Positions 38,754 to 48,832 of a stretch of 64,000 nt of DNA are shown in pieces. The notes below the pieces were generated by a model. It searched no databases. It was not told the DNA's origin and worked only from the letters and a program-made list of their open reading frames with translations. Origin of the DNA: Lingula anatina. Taxonomy: Eukaryota; Animalia; Brachiopoda. The DNA is taken from positions 20,154,848 to 20,218,847 of the forward strand of contig CM120643.1 in the NCBI GenBank assembly GCA_051362555.1, in the 5' to 3' direction. The position numbers were made by a program, and so were the translations under genes. How positions within the stretch are numbered: position 1 is the first letter of the stretch; the number at the start of each line of letters is the position of its first letter.

Positions 38754-40411
38754 TAATAATAAACAAAAAAAAAAACAACAAATAAATAAAAAATAAATAA
38801 AATGTTAGTTTTCATGTTACTGGATAAAAACTAGAGGATCAGAGTGCATTCCATATGAATGCACTTACTCCAGCTGGTGGTACAATATCAGCTGGATATC
38901 AGCTGGAGTCCCTAATTGCATCCCCTCACTATGACATGAGTGCTAAAATCTGTGTAATTTCTGAAATTCGGCACAAATAAAAATTTTTTTGCAAAAAATT
39001 CCCATTTTTAGAAAATTTTGGCCTATTTGACCTTGAAAAAAAAGTCAAAGGTCAAATCCAAAGGCATATTTGAAATCCTGATATATGACTTTCGGTCAGA
39101 CTTCTATACTAATTTTTCCCATAATTCCTTCCGTTTAGGAGATATATAGCAATGAAGTTTCAAAAAATTTGACAAGGGTGCATTTCATTGAGTGTCACGT
39201 CCAAGCGAATGCACCGACTGAGACAAAAAAACCAGGGTTCAAGTTGAGATTATATGTGACCTAAATCCAAGAGATGGGGACACAGGTCAGTGCGGTCTAG
39301 GAGGAGAAGCGGTAACGGTGACTTGTATCCCACGCCACCCTGCGGAGCCGGCAGAGCTCACAGAGCCGGCGGAGCCGTACGATACGGGTCGGGACTAAAA
39401 CCATGAGTACCGCCAGCGTACACGCTGGTGGTACTAATTATCATCAATTTTAAGAATATTTGGTATTAAAGGCTTAGAGTGCAGATTGTAATAATTTAGA
39501 ATCTAATATAATTTCCATACCTTACACTAACATGAAAAATGATTATTACATACAGAAGGCAAATACTTCCAATGCTCAAAATGTACCATTTCAAACAGTG
39601 AAAATGTGAATGAAATATCTGTTGATAGCAGGAAATTTCAGTTCATTTACACCATGAAAAACAACTCAGAGGTCTCCTTCACACAAATAGTACATAAACA
39701 AGTCCCTCATAGAGGGCACATACAATGACATTAAGACACACACACAAAAAAATACACTGAGTGAGAATCATTCACAGGTTTAACAACACTCAATTACCTG
39801 TGGGCATTCAGCCTGATGATACTCTTGTGACTAGAGTGAAACATAGCTGTTTCATTACTATTTTTGTTCTGAAGTACGTGATTACTATAACTAAAAACAT
39901 CAGCAAATATAATTCCTAGGAACCAAGAACAATCTTACTGATGACAAAAAAAAATTGCTTTATCATATTTTAGCTTATTTTTTGCAAGAGACAAAAGAAA
40001 CACGTGCATACACAGAGAAAAGAAAACATATACAAACACATAAACACATGACCAAATACACAAAAAAAATACATATACACATGCCCATATAAAATATGCA
40101 TTCATGCGCACTAATGTGAAAAAAGAGATGTCCACAATCCAAGCCCTCGTGGAACGAACACATCACACATAACAAGCCCAAGTGAACACACACTAACATG
40201 CACTCACGCAAATTCGTGCACGCTCAGGCATACATATCTCACAGTGTCAAACTTTTAACCCTACCGCCTCCATATGTGATGAAATAGCGCTCCATATTGT
40301 CACAATCCAACTTAGTTCTGCAGAAGATGAGGCCGCGGTCCATCTTGTGTTCCTGGATGGCACGAATAAGATACTCTCCCTTCAGCATCTTCACGGCCTC
40401 AGAAAGGGTCT
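10303..40411 (-). CDS. DDX1: ATP-dependent RNA helicase DDX1, C-terminal 8 exons: 40411-40265, 34447-34356, 31641-31569, 31067-30995, 18774-18732, 18490-18392, 13377-13257, 10430-10303; 5' exons not found in the window
   Basis: Phase-consistent GT-AG splicing gives [48 protein letters not shown] (motif V), [21 protein letters not shown] (motif VI), [28 protein letters not shown] and [21 protein letters not shown], which is DDX1-specific. Confidence 0.97.
10471..10638 (+). mobile_element. MITE family A copy
   Basis: caggggttgat ... atctgcccctg; shared internal sequence. Confidence 0.8.
10757..12454 (+). mobile_element. Helentron-associated non-autonomous element (HINE/DINE-1-like)
   Basis: 5' T-run plus hairpin atgtacagacac-a-gatgtgtctgtacat; short gtcgcc microsatellite; ~161-bp monomers x3 (10833, 10994, 11155); ~363-bp internal duplication; 3' subTIR tgtctgtacat plus small hairpin cagctttgctg and ttgtt; no TSD. 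Confidence 0.85.
13257..13377 (-). CDS. DDX1: DDX1 exon ([40 protein letters not shown])
   Basis: tgcag / gtaagt boundaries. Confidence 0.95.
14040..14381 (+). mobile_element. TTAA-flanked MITE with AGGGAT termini (Kolobok-like, family B)
   Basis: ttaa|agggataataac ... gttatcatccct|ttaa; homologs at 14755, 20223 and ~30575. Confidence 0.75.
14755..15754 (+). mobile_element. MITE family B copy interrupted by a LINE insertion
   Basis: ttaa|agggataacaac ... gttgttatccct|ttaa, with ~690 bp of foreign sequence just before the 3' TIR. Confidence 0.75.
15049..15736 (-). mobile_element. 5'-truncated non-LTR retrotransposon (CR1/L2-group-like): ORF2 C-terminus, 3' UTR and (ATT)n tail
   Basis: Open frame 15736-15284: ..[41 protein letters not shown].., the typical LINE ORF2 C-terminal Cys/His motif; AATAAA plus (ATT)n tail at ~15050-15073. 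Confidence 0.85.
18392..18490 (-). CDS. DDX1: DDX1 exon ([33 protein letters not shown])
   Basis: ctcag / gtatg boundaries. Confidence 0.94.
18732..18774 (-). CDS. DDX1: DDX1 43-nt exon ([14 protein letters not shown])
   Basis: tgcag / gtaag boundaries. Confidence 0.93.
20223..20572 (+). mobile_element. MITE family B copy
   Basis: agggataacag ... gttgtccct|ttaa; internal similarity to the 14040 copy. Confidence 0.7.
20816..20990. mobile_element. Harbinger-like MITE family C (related copies ~6252-6432, ~55841-56037, ~62641-62893)
   Basis: TIR gcgcattcagaacag / tgttctgaatgtgc; internal gatcaaatatg / catatttgatc; TWA flanks. Confidence 0.65.
21709..21784. repeat. (TA)n microsatellite; others are (GT)n at 2192-2258 and 13804-13848, (GA)n at 18585-18640, (CA)n at 44639-44678, and (AAAT)n at ~38690 and ~41393
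   Basis: Direct inspection. Confidence 0.95.
21903..23702 (-). mobile_element. Composite HINE, same family as 10757-12454
   Basis: Starts aacaaggcagcaaagctgtcaaatgtacagaca (reverse complement of the 3' end) and ends catctgtgtctgtacataaaaa; extra internal 5' module at ~22560-22648. Confidence 0.85.
24040..27337 (-). mobile_element. Concatemeric HINE with four 5' modules
   Basis: One 3' end at 24040; 5' modules ending at ~24863, ~25897, ~26127 and ~27337. Confidence 0.85.
27466..27783. mobile_element. Foldback MITE with ~90-bp imperfect TIRs
   Basis: caggcctacccaact...ttcaaggtgt inverted to acaccttgaa...agttgggtaggcctg; flanks cagata / aagata. Confidence 0.75.
28820..28984. mobile_element. 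CAGGCCC-ended MITE family D (also 59336-59505 and degenerate ~35064-35251)
   Basis: caggcccatagccag ... ctgtctacgggcctg; 5-bp flanks tacaa / tataa; inserted in an (ATACC/ATACT)n array. Confidence 0.7.
29636..30245. repeat. Diverged ~304-bp tandem duplication
   Basis: aaaatattagta..agaagcc.agccc..cactgtaaatgaaaa..gttactaattgg at 29636 and 29940. Confidence 0.7.
30995..31067 (-). CDS. DDX1: DDX1 exon ([23 protein letters not shown])
   Basis: tatag / gtagt boundaries; motif VI. Confidence 0.95.
31353..31522 (-). mobile_element. MITE family A copy
   Basis: Reverse-orientation homolog; flanks ggaca / tgaca. Confidence 0.7.
31569..31641 (-). CDS. DDX1: DDX1 exon ([24 protein letters not shown])
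   Basis: ttcag / gttag boundaries; motif V. Confidence 0.95.
33549..34054 (+). mobile_element. PIF/Harbinger-derived element with a Myb/SANT (trihelix) fragment
   Basis: Imperfect TIR tacccctttcacactaca / tgtagtggggta; 33773-33895 encodes [40 protein letters not shown]. Confidence 0.65.
34356..34447 (-). CDS. DDX1: DDX1 exon ([30 protein letters not shown])
   Basis: tttag / gtagg boundaries. Confidence 0.95.
35768..36339. mobile_element. Foldback MITE with long imperfect TIRs
   Basis: aagcccactttaaacgctcttaacatttcactg / cagtgaaatgttgagagcgtttctactgggctt. Confidence 0.7.
38830..39438 (-). mobile_element. Non-autonomous Helitron/Helentron-type element, second family
   Basis: Minus-strand 3' end has hairpin agtgcattc..gaatgcact about 10 nt before CTAG plus a T-run; 5' hairpin agtaccaccagcgt..acgctggcggtact; related fragment at ~53620-53700. 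Confidence 0.65.
40265..40411 (-). CDS. DDX1: DDX1 exon ([48 protein letters not shown])
   Basis: minus-strand ccag acceptor and gtagg donor; helicase motif IV. Confidence 0.95.
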
Positions 40412-40590
40412 CTGGAATGACAGACATTATTTTTTTATATATATCTATACATATCTATATCTATCTATCCATCTTTTCTCTGGAGTGACAGACACATAAT
40501 TTTTTTATATACATCTATACATATTTATATCTATCTATCTATCTAGCCATCTATCTATTGATCTTTTCTCTGAAGTGAAAGACAATTTTT
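40410..40590 (-). repeat. Triplicated DDX1 3' splice-site region
   Basis: ctctg(g/a)a(a/g)tga(c/a)agaca at 40410, 40478 and 40568, with (ATCT)n spacers. Confidence 0.8.
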
Positions 40591-41395
40591 TTGATGACAG
40601 ACAAATAAGATTTGGATATATTTTTGTCCCTAAATTCTTTTTTGTCACCATGAACAATTTCAGGGTGGGTGCATGGTATTCAATAATTGTTTTGCATGAA
40701 GTGGCTACTACAGTGTTGAAACATTTGTGTTCAGGGCACAAAAAAGGCAATGCATCTCACCAAAGTGAGATCACAGAAAATCAAAGGAATTATTGAGGAC
40801 CTATTCAATCCTCCTCTCCCCGTCCTACATAAAAATGTAAATAATACTTTATTTACCATGGAATAAAGCACTAAAATATATATCAAGAAAAAGTATTTAT
40901 AAGAACTGTAAGCCTGGAATAGTAAAAAAAGCATTACCGGCTTCAATAAAACCCAGAACCGTTCTAAAACTCCCTTCATGTAAACAGAGATGAAAATTGA
41001 GTTATCTAAAAAGAAAATAAATGTGTTTACTCCTACATAATTCCTCATCATCTGGCTGTTTACTCCTAAATAGTCATCATCATCTGGTTGATTTGATGAC
41101 ATTTAGTGTTTCACCCAGGAATGATATGATATCCTAGCTGTTTACTGAAGCAATGCTTTTTTTTGTTTGTTTGTTTTGGCTCTATTATTTTTTCAAAGCG
41201 CTTTCTTCATTTAATGTAACACAAGCTATCTAAGACCAAAATTGGGCAGTTTCTGAAGCAAGAAAAAAACCTTAATGGTGGTGAAAAAGAGTGGTAATAA
41301 AGAGAGAATATAGATAAAATAAGAAACTGATGTTAACAAATAAGAAACTCTTACCCTCTCATGAATATATAAATTTTTACCCCCCCCCCCCCAAA

Positions 41396-41451
<56 letters not shown>

Positions 41452-43536
41452 ATTTTTCAAAGTGGAAAACTTTCAGTCTGTTTTAAATGACTACCAGGCC
41501 CGGACTTCTAATTATGTTTAGCTCACAGTTGGGGGCAAATCTCATCTCTCTGTTGTCCCATCCCTCACTACTTTGGATGAGAAAACCATTTACAATACCT
41601 TGCCCCTGGCAATTCCTATAATTCCTATGTTGAGCTAATGGGCATCATCACAGATTGCTAATTGTCTCAAAAATCAGTATTAAATCAAGCAAGACTTTTC
41701 TGGAGATATGGAGGTGAGTGGGGACAGAAATAATGGCAAATGCATGCAGTCCTGCAACCAATTAAAGCCGACAGAATTCAGCCACGCTTTTTATTCTGGT
41801 TGTTTTCCCTCATGTTCTGCCTAACTGAATGTCTACTGCACAAATTACAAACGTTAATTCACCATTTTTGTGTCACTTTCGTATTGTTTTCTAACACCAC
41901 ATTCCTAGCCCATAGAGTTCACCTTAAGTATCTGAAAGTATTTCCCACGGGGAATATCCCATGTTTTTTATAGTCTAAAATAACATCACGCAGTGCCAGT
42001 GCCATAAGGCCTCATTTCAGTTGATTCCCATTGAAATAAGTCAGGCAACATCCTTCTGGCTTCCTACCAGTATGTTAAGCTAAACTGTAACTGGCAGATT
42101 GATAGTAATTGTGATGAGTTAGATCAGCCCAAATTGGCTGGAAACAAGTCTTAAAAGAGCGACTTTACAAGGAGCTGGGTTGACCTGGTCAAAAATACTG
42201 ACCACATACACTTCAACATCTGAGCACTAAATCGTATTTACCGGCTACTTGTTGCTGCCTTCTCATGACAAACAGACACCTTTAAATCTATTTCTGAAAC
42301 CTCATCCATCCTTTTCTCATCCCTCAAATTTCCTTTCTCCAACAAATTTTATTTATAGCAATGGATAGATATTTTTGAGTATTCTGACAACATATTGAAA
42401 CTTCAGTTGAACAATCTTGACAGGGAATGAGTTCTCTCATCTGGCACATCGATAGTTTTTGACATAATCGATGTTAATTCCCTGATTTGGTTCACTGTGC
42501 CTTTTCAGTATACACAAGCATACTCCCAGGCATGAAACCCAGGATCTAAATGTATCACTGTTCAATACCTAATGCATTAACTCCATCAAGCCGTTCAATT
42601 TCATAACCGTAAATCACTTAAGTTTTCATCTGGTAAAGTTGTGAGAAATGACCCACAATTATGATTTCTAAAAAAACTTGAAGTTTTATCTGAACTAGAT
42701 CCGATTGCCCTTTATCTTTCTGACAAAATGTACTGGTACAGTTTCAATGTGTCACAGTGCTGATATATATTCACTCGGGGATTTCAAAAGATAAAATTAC
42801 AAAGCAAGGCAGTGGCAATCGTTAGGGCCATTCACACTAGCAAGTAAACAGCGGTCGAATAAACCCCAATTGAACCGCAGTAGAATAAACCTACTTTGCC
42901 TGCTTTCATACTTCTCTGGGCAACAATTGCCCCGGCCATCATCAGTCATGCTTTCTGTTAAGCATGCCCACTATTGTTCTTAGTAAAAACTGAAGATTTG
43001 AACAATATGGCGGGAGTACAAGTAGTGAAGATTGTTATGTTGTGTCAAATATTTAATTTACTCATAAAAAACTAATACTTCAATAAAAAAACATGACGCG
43101 TGACAGTACTGTGAATAACCAGCGAAATATATATAACTTGCCCACTTATGCACAGGGACTCCAAAAGTAAATATCTGGTCCTGACTGCAATTTACAGTAA
43201 ACTGCAACAGGACTGCCAAATTCTAGATGTTTTAGATTCAACTTTCCTAACCTATAGCCAAGCATATAGCAAAGTTATATTTGCATTAAGTAAGTCATTT
43301 ACAATGAGACAGATGGCATATGGTTTTCCTGACCTGTTTGACAATCCTGTATGGTCAGAACTGACCTATCATGAAAACAAGGACCAAGTGGGCAATAAAC
43401 AAAATGCATATCATCTTTTGCCATAAAAAGTTTGTGTGATTTTGATATGTGTTTTTTCATAACCAATTCAGTCTCTGAGTCACTGTTTTAAGTCATCTAC
43501 GATTAAGTTCATGAAACCCTGTATTTTGTTCCCCTA

Positions 43537-43797
43537 GCCCCCATTTCCACACCTGGATCGGTCTAACAGGATTGGTTCATCTCCGAGGGGTTTCTTTCTA
43601 AATTGCATTCAGCTTAAGCGGCTCTGATGTATAGCATGCCTACTGAAGTTGTTAGAGAGTAATTAACTATCTTTTAGCAGCTTCAGCTGATGTGCCAGAC
43701 GTCTAATTAGGCCACTGAAGCGGAATTTAATTTAGCCTAAATCTCCTCGGAGATGGATCAATCCTGCTAGATCGATCTAGGTATGGGAACAGGGTCT
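43537..43797. mobile_element. Palindromic MITE
   Basis: ccccatttccacacctggatcggtctaacaggattggttcatctccgagg inverted to cctcggagatggatcaatcctgctagatcgatctaggtatgggaacaggg. Confidence 0.65.
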
Positions 43798-44636
43798 CAG
43801 TGCAATAAAACCACAATGAAATTGCACCAGTATTGAAGATTTAAAAAAAAAAAAAAAAAAAAAAACTATTGCAAACACTACAGCAGGGAAACATAGCACT
43901 TGTTAACAGGTAAATATATTTCCACACATTAACTTTGTATTTGCACTGTAAATTATCTTTCAAGCAAGTATCAATTTGCATTTCAGAGGAACTCGCCTGC
44001 AGAAATGATGATAGCAATTTTCCATGTAAAGGTTGCATAATGAGGAGCTTGACAAAAGAATTCAGTCTGACTCATAATCACCATTATAGCTTTTAAAAAT
44101 GCACAGAAGTACTTTTAATGGGTAATTAATTAAAAGAGCTTCATAGATTACTCAACAACATGTTCAACTGTGATAACATGTAACAAAGTGGCATCCTTTA
44201 CTGTTTTGTTTACAACGTGGGTTTTCTTTGATGAAGCGAAGTATTACTCTGCGATGCACAATAATGTTATCTTGTATTGCAGGTTGTTTAATAACAAAAT
44301 AAACTATGAAAGATAAAATTTCATGTGTGTTAGCTACATGTCTCAATGAAGTAGTGCATATTACTATAAATGGAAACAGTAATTAAGACACTGGGTTTGT
44401 TTTCAAAGACAATTAGGGAATTAATTGAATCTGTGAGAACTCGTGAGCACTGTGAGAACTCGAAATATGAAGGTAAGTAAAAATGTCTGTAGGACAAAAT
44501 ATGAAAATTATTTTATGAAAAATCTATCCAGTCTAGCTACCATATCACTAGATGTTTCATTGAGGAAATGGAAAGTTTATCATAAAAGAAATGTTCAGGA
44601 ATAAACATTCTACATGTACTTATCTTCTGTTGCTCT

Positions 44637-44679
<43 letters not shown>

Positions 44680-44954
44680 CATTTTTCAGTGTCATCATCT
44701 TGTACTTTTCAGTTTTGCACAATTATACAACACTGGAGCCATCAAGATTTGCCAGGACCAGTAAACCAGAATCATTTTGATATGGTCCAAATTGTCAAAA
44801 GAAAGTAAAACATCTCCATGGCATGATTACATACTAGGGCCAGTCAAAACAAAATGATACCACACAATGTGAAAAGGTCAAAAGATTGCCAGACTAATTA
44901 GGTGAGCCAGTATTCCAATAAGTTGTAGACACTTCTTGAGTACTTATGTCACAG

Positions 44955-47900
44955 CAAGGAGTTATAACAGAAGGAGATTACACGCAAGCCTTTCTATTGT
45001 CCGATGTCTGTTACGGTGGGCGGAGCTAGCTACGGGGGGCCTCCGGTCTCAAGGTTTCGTCTGCGTCGCTCTCCTCAGCTTGGAGATAAATTTCATATGC
45101 GTTATTTCGCGTTAGAATTCGAGATCAGTAATGTCAAAGCGCCGCTGTATGCTGACGATTTTTTTCACAGGTAATTATTTGGACGATGTGCTGGAAGGGA
45201 ACGATATCATAGAAAGCGATTATAAGGTGGTGACTGAGGATGGTTGCCATGAGCTTTTTTTAGTCGGTGATAGATGGCTTTTTTATGGCACAACCCGGTG
45301 AAAAATCACCAAGGAGAAGTCAAAAGAAAACGTCCCAACTGTGGTTTGTGAAAATGACATTCAAGTGAACGTCTGTCCTCACTGCCAAAGGACATAATAT
45401 TAATACATTAACGTTTGGACCATTCTGCCCTTGGGTCCCATAAACATATACATTGTGACAGTGCCTACGCTTTGTGTCTGGTTTTAAATTTCTTAAAGTA
45501 TTTTTTCTCTCACTCGGTATAATTTTAATATTATAATGCATTTAATTAAAATTTTAATCCAAGGTTGAGGCAATGCCACGACACGTCAGTTTACTGAATA
45601 CTCGTTATAAATTTCTTTATCTTGGAAATTTCCCTTTTTTTCAGGATTATTTCACACGTACTAACAATGTTCATATTTGTCGGTAAACAAGTGCACAGTG
45701 CTATACATAAAGAATAATTTTTATTCATTCATAAATATATTTATGTACAAAATATATCAGAAATTTTAGTATTCACTTAGCTCTTTAAAGTGAAACAAAT
45801 AAAGATGAGAATATTGAATTTCAAACTATTATTTACTATATTAACTTAAAATATCTTTTAAGTCAACTCTATACTCAAGCACTCTATACTCTATACTCAT
45901 GAAAGTAGCATCTGTGAGTAAAACCATTTTATTATATCAATAGAAGAACAAAACAAAAATTTTACACATAAGCAGTAATAAATGAAGTCATAAGAATGAT
46001 TAAGTTGCTACAGTTTTCCAGTTTTATGCAGTCTATGATGGCATTTTTTTCAACCGTGCAAGTAGAAATAATTATATTCTTTTTTATCTGACTTGCTGAT
46101 ACCAGTCTGTGCCAGATACTATTCCACTTACAGGCCAGCAAGGTCTGAGAATCTAATGGGCCGAATGAAAAAAAAATCCTAGAAGATAAAGTGGTTAATT
46201 CTTACAAATAGGATAAAAAACATGGGATTTTCAAAAGGTTATAGATCAAGACAACACTTAGTAAGAACATTTATAAAATGTAACAGCTGAAAAAATTAAC
46301 TGGTAAGTAAGCAGTAAGTGACTGCTTTAAAAAAATTTCACTGAAACAGAAATTTCACTGGCAATCAGGTAGACTGTTATACCATGGCACTCAACAATTT
46401 ATATATAGGTTTTGAATTTTTTTCCACGTAACAGTAACATAAAATTTATGTCCACTTTTGCAATGTATAGAGTCAGTTAGGTGACTGAAAATATTTTAAA
46501 ATGTCATAAAGGAGCACTATTAATTTAATGCAATCTCTGTTGGCCAGTCTTATCCAGTTTCTTCTCCAAAAAGGACAACTCAAGTGAGAATTTCTTCAGG
46601 GCCTTTTCTTCTGCCTTGCTAATGCCATGCCACTCAGAAAAGAGAGCAACCTGTAGGTTAGAAAAAAAAACATAATAATAGCATTATGAACTACTAGTAT
46701 CCATGTAGACATTATGGAATTACGCAGTGAAGTTTAATGTGTCTTGTTATGACTTGACTGAAATAATGTTCACCACATAAAAGATATTTTACAACTAAAT
46801 TTATATAGAACATCAAGATTCATGATCACAAGCTAATAACCTCAAGAAATTGAAAGAAATTGTACTTATTACAAGAAATTATTTAAATCCGCCCTGGTTC
46901 CTACTCTTCTGACAGGACAAAAAGGGGATTTCAGAGAGGCTGGTTGCTAAAAGGAAAATGCCCAAGGTTGTTGTATTTTGAAAAAAAAATTAAAAAGGGT
47001 ACTGTTGTTAGTGAATGTTTAATGCATCTTAGGCATTATGACAAAAGTAACTTACCCCAGACACACTGACCTCCTTTTTTCATTGACATATTTTAATTTT
47101 TTCCAGCCTGACCATAATTCATATATTCAATGCAGCCTTCTCCCATATCTATAATAGAAAAAAACTTGAGTAGTGTTAAGATATGCATGTCAAATTCATT
47201 ATCAATTTTGAGAGAATTTCTGTTTCAACACTACAAGATGAAATATTTAATTTCAAGTAATGAATAAACCTTAATAGAGTGCTATTCTATTGTAACCACC
47301 AAGGCAAAGCTTCTTTCTTAAAATGAACTGAAACATCCAAGCTTGCCACCTAACATGCCAAAGTAGTGAAGTATAACTTAAGTAGAGAAGCAAGTACCCC
47401 TTAATTATAGAGGTGTCTTACACAATAAGGTGTGTCTTACACACCTTGACTCAAAGAGAGATGTGTAGTGAGATAACAGGTAAAGTAATTGGTGGAGCCT
47501 AGGTGAACTTAAAACCTTAAGACTTTAAATTAAGAAGCACCAGGATTCATGTGTGTTCTTTTTTCAAAGGTTTAATATGAATTAAAACATATATATGTAA
47601 TAAGAAGACTAAATAAGTTAAAAATAACTATACCAAAGACACTGTGAAGTCAAACTTCCTGTTAGACTGCCATGATGGAAAATGCTGGGTGGAGGCAAAA
47701 TTTTCCAGTCAAAAAAACTGAGCACTTTACTTTAACAACAAAGTTACCACTCCAAAGCCACCCACCATAGTGAGAAGAAAAATGATGACCAACTGTCATG
47801 ATAAGTCTTTTTAGATTTAAACATGAAAAAGGTAAAGGCCAAAATGGTACATTTACCCATAACACTAGAGTAAAAAATTGGTATTCTGAACAAATCAGAT

Positions 47901-48832
47901 TATTTTTTTCAAGAAATATTGGAGCAGTATCCATGCAATATATACCACGCCACGACCAAGATGTTCAAGAATCTAAACACACCAAATTTTTTTATAATCT
48001 TGCATTTGAAAAGTACAAAAAGCGGTAAGGCTTTTGGCCATAACAAGCGTAACACTTTTTGATCGGAACTCATGAAAATTGTCAATTGTCGTATCCAAGA
48101 TAGACCACATGTAAAATCGCAAAAATAAACAATACTGCTCAAGCAAGTGTGTTGCACACATAATAATTAGTTAAATTTTATGACTGTCATGTGACACAAG
48201 TTTCAAAAAGTAGGAGGAAAATGTCTTTTGGAGTAATTTTTTTTCGAAATATTAACAAGATGGCGGCTTAAGCATCTGCTTGTTATTCGGCTACTGAAAG
48301 TGCACCTAAGTTTTATTCTTTGCTATTACCACAAATTACTTAACAATTGCAACTGTATAAAGACCAAACTTTCTTCATCTGATACTATATTTATAGGCAC
48401 TTGTTATGAGTGGGAAATATTTTTCGTGCAATATTTATTCTCCACACACCACCTCGCGAGATCAACGTGTAGCTGGACACTTACACAGTGAGACCCTACG
48501 ACATAAAAGTTGCAATTTATCTTCATATTTCGTGTAGTTATGCATTTAAAAGCACTTACCTGTTTTTTGAAAACCTTGTCCAACGTAATATCATATAAAT
48601 TCTGTATTTCTCTCATTTTTTAGAAACTTGGGACTCCGTTTCTGTTTCTGTCCTCAAAAATCAACAGACGAAGGCACAGATACTAACAAACGAGATTTAA
48701 ACGAGAGTGACAATTAAGCGTAACAGAGATAGGCATCCATTGTTCTCAGGGTTCTATTCATTCCGACCAATGAGAGACCGTAATACGGGCTCCGCCCCCA
48801 CGCGTGTAATCTCCTTCTGTTATAACTCCTTG
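44955..48832. mobile_element. 3878-bp P-superfamily-like DNA transposon, apparently non-autonomous
   Basis: Perfect 31-bp TIRs caaggagttataacagaaggagattacacgc (44955-44985 / 48802-48832); 7-bp TSD gtcacag (44948-44954, 48833-48839); CA..TG ends; no transposase ORF seen. Confidence 0.85.

Noticed and set aside
45299-45301. Selenocysteine or read-through TGA
   Set aside because: No SECIS or selenoprotein context seen; a nonsense mutation in a transposon is more parsimonious.
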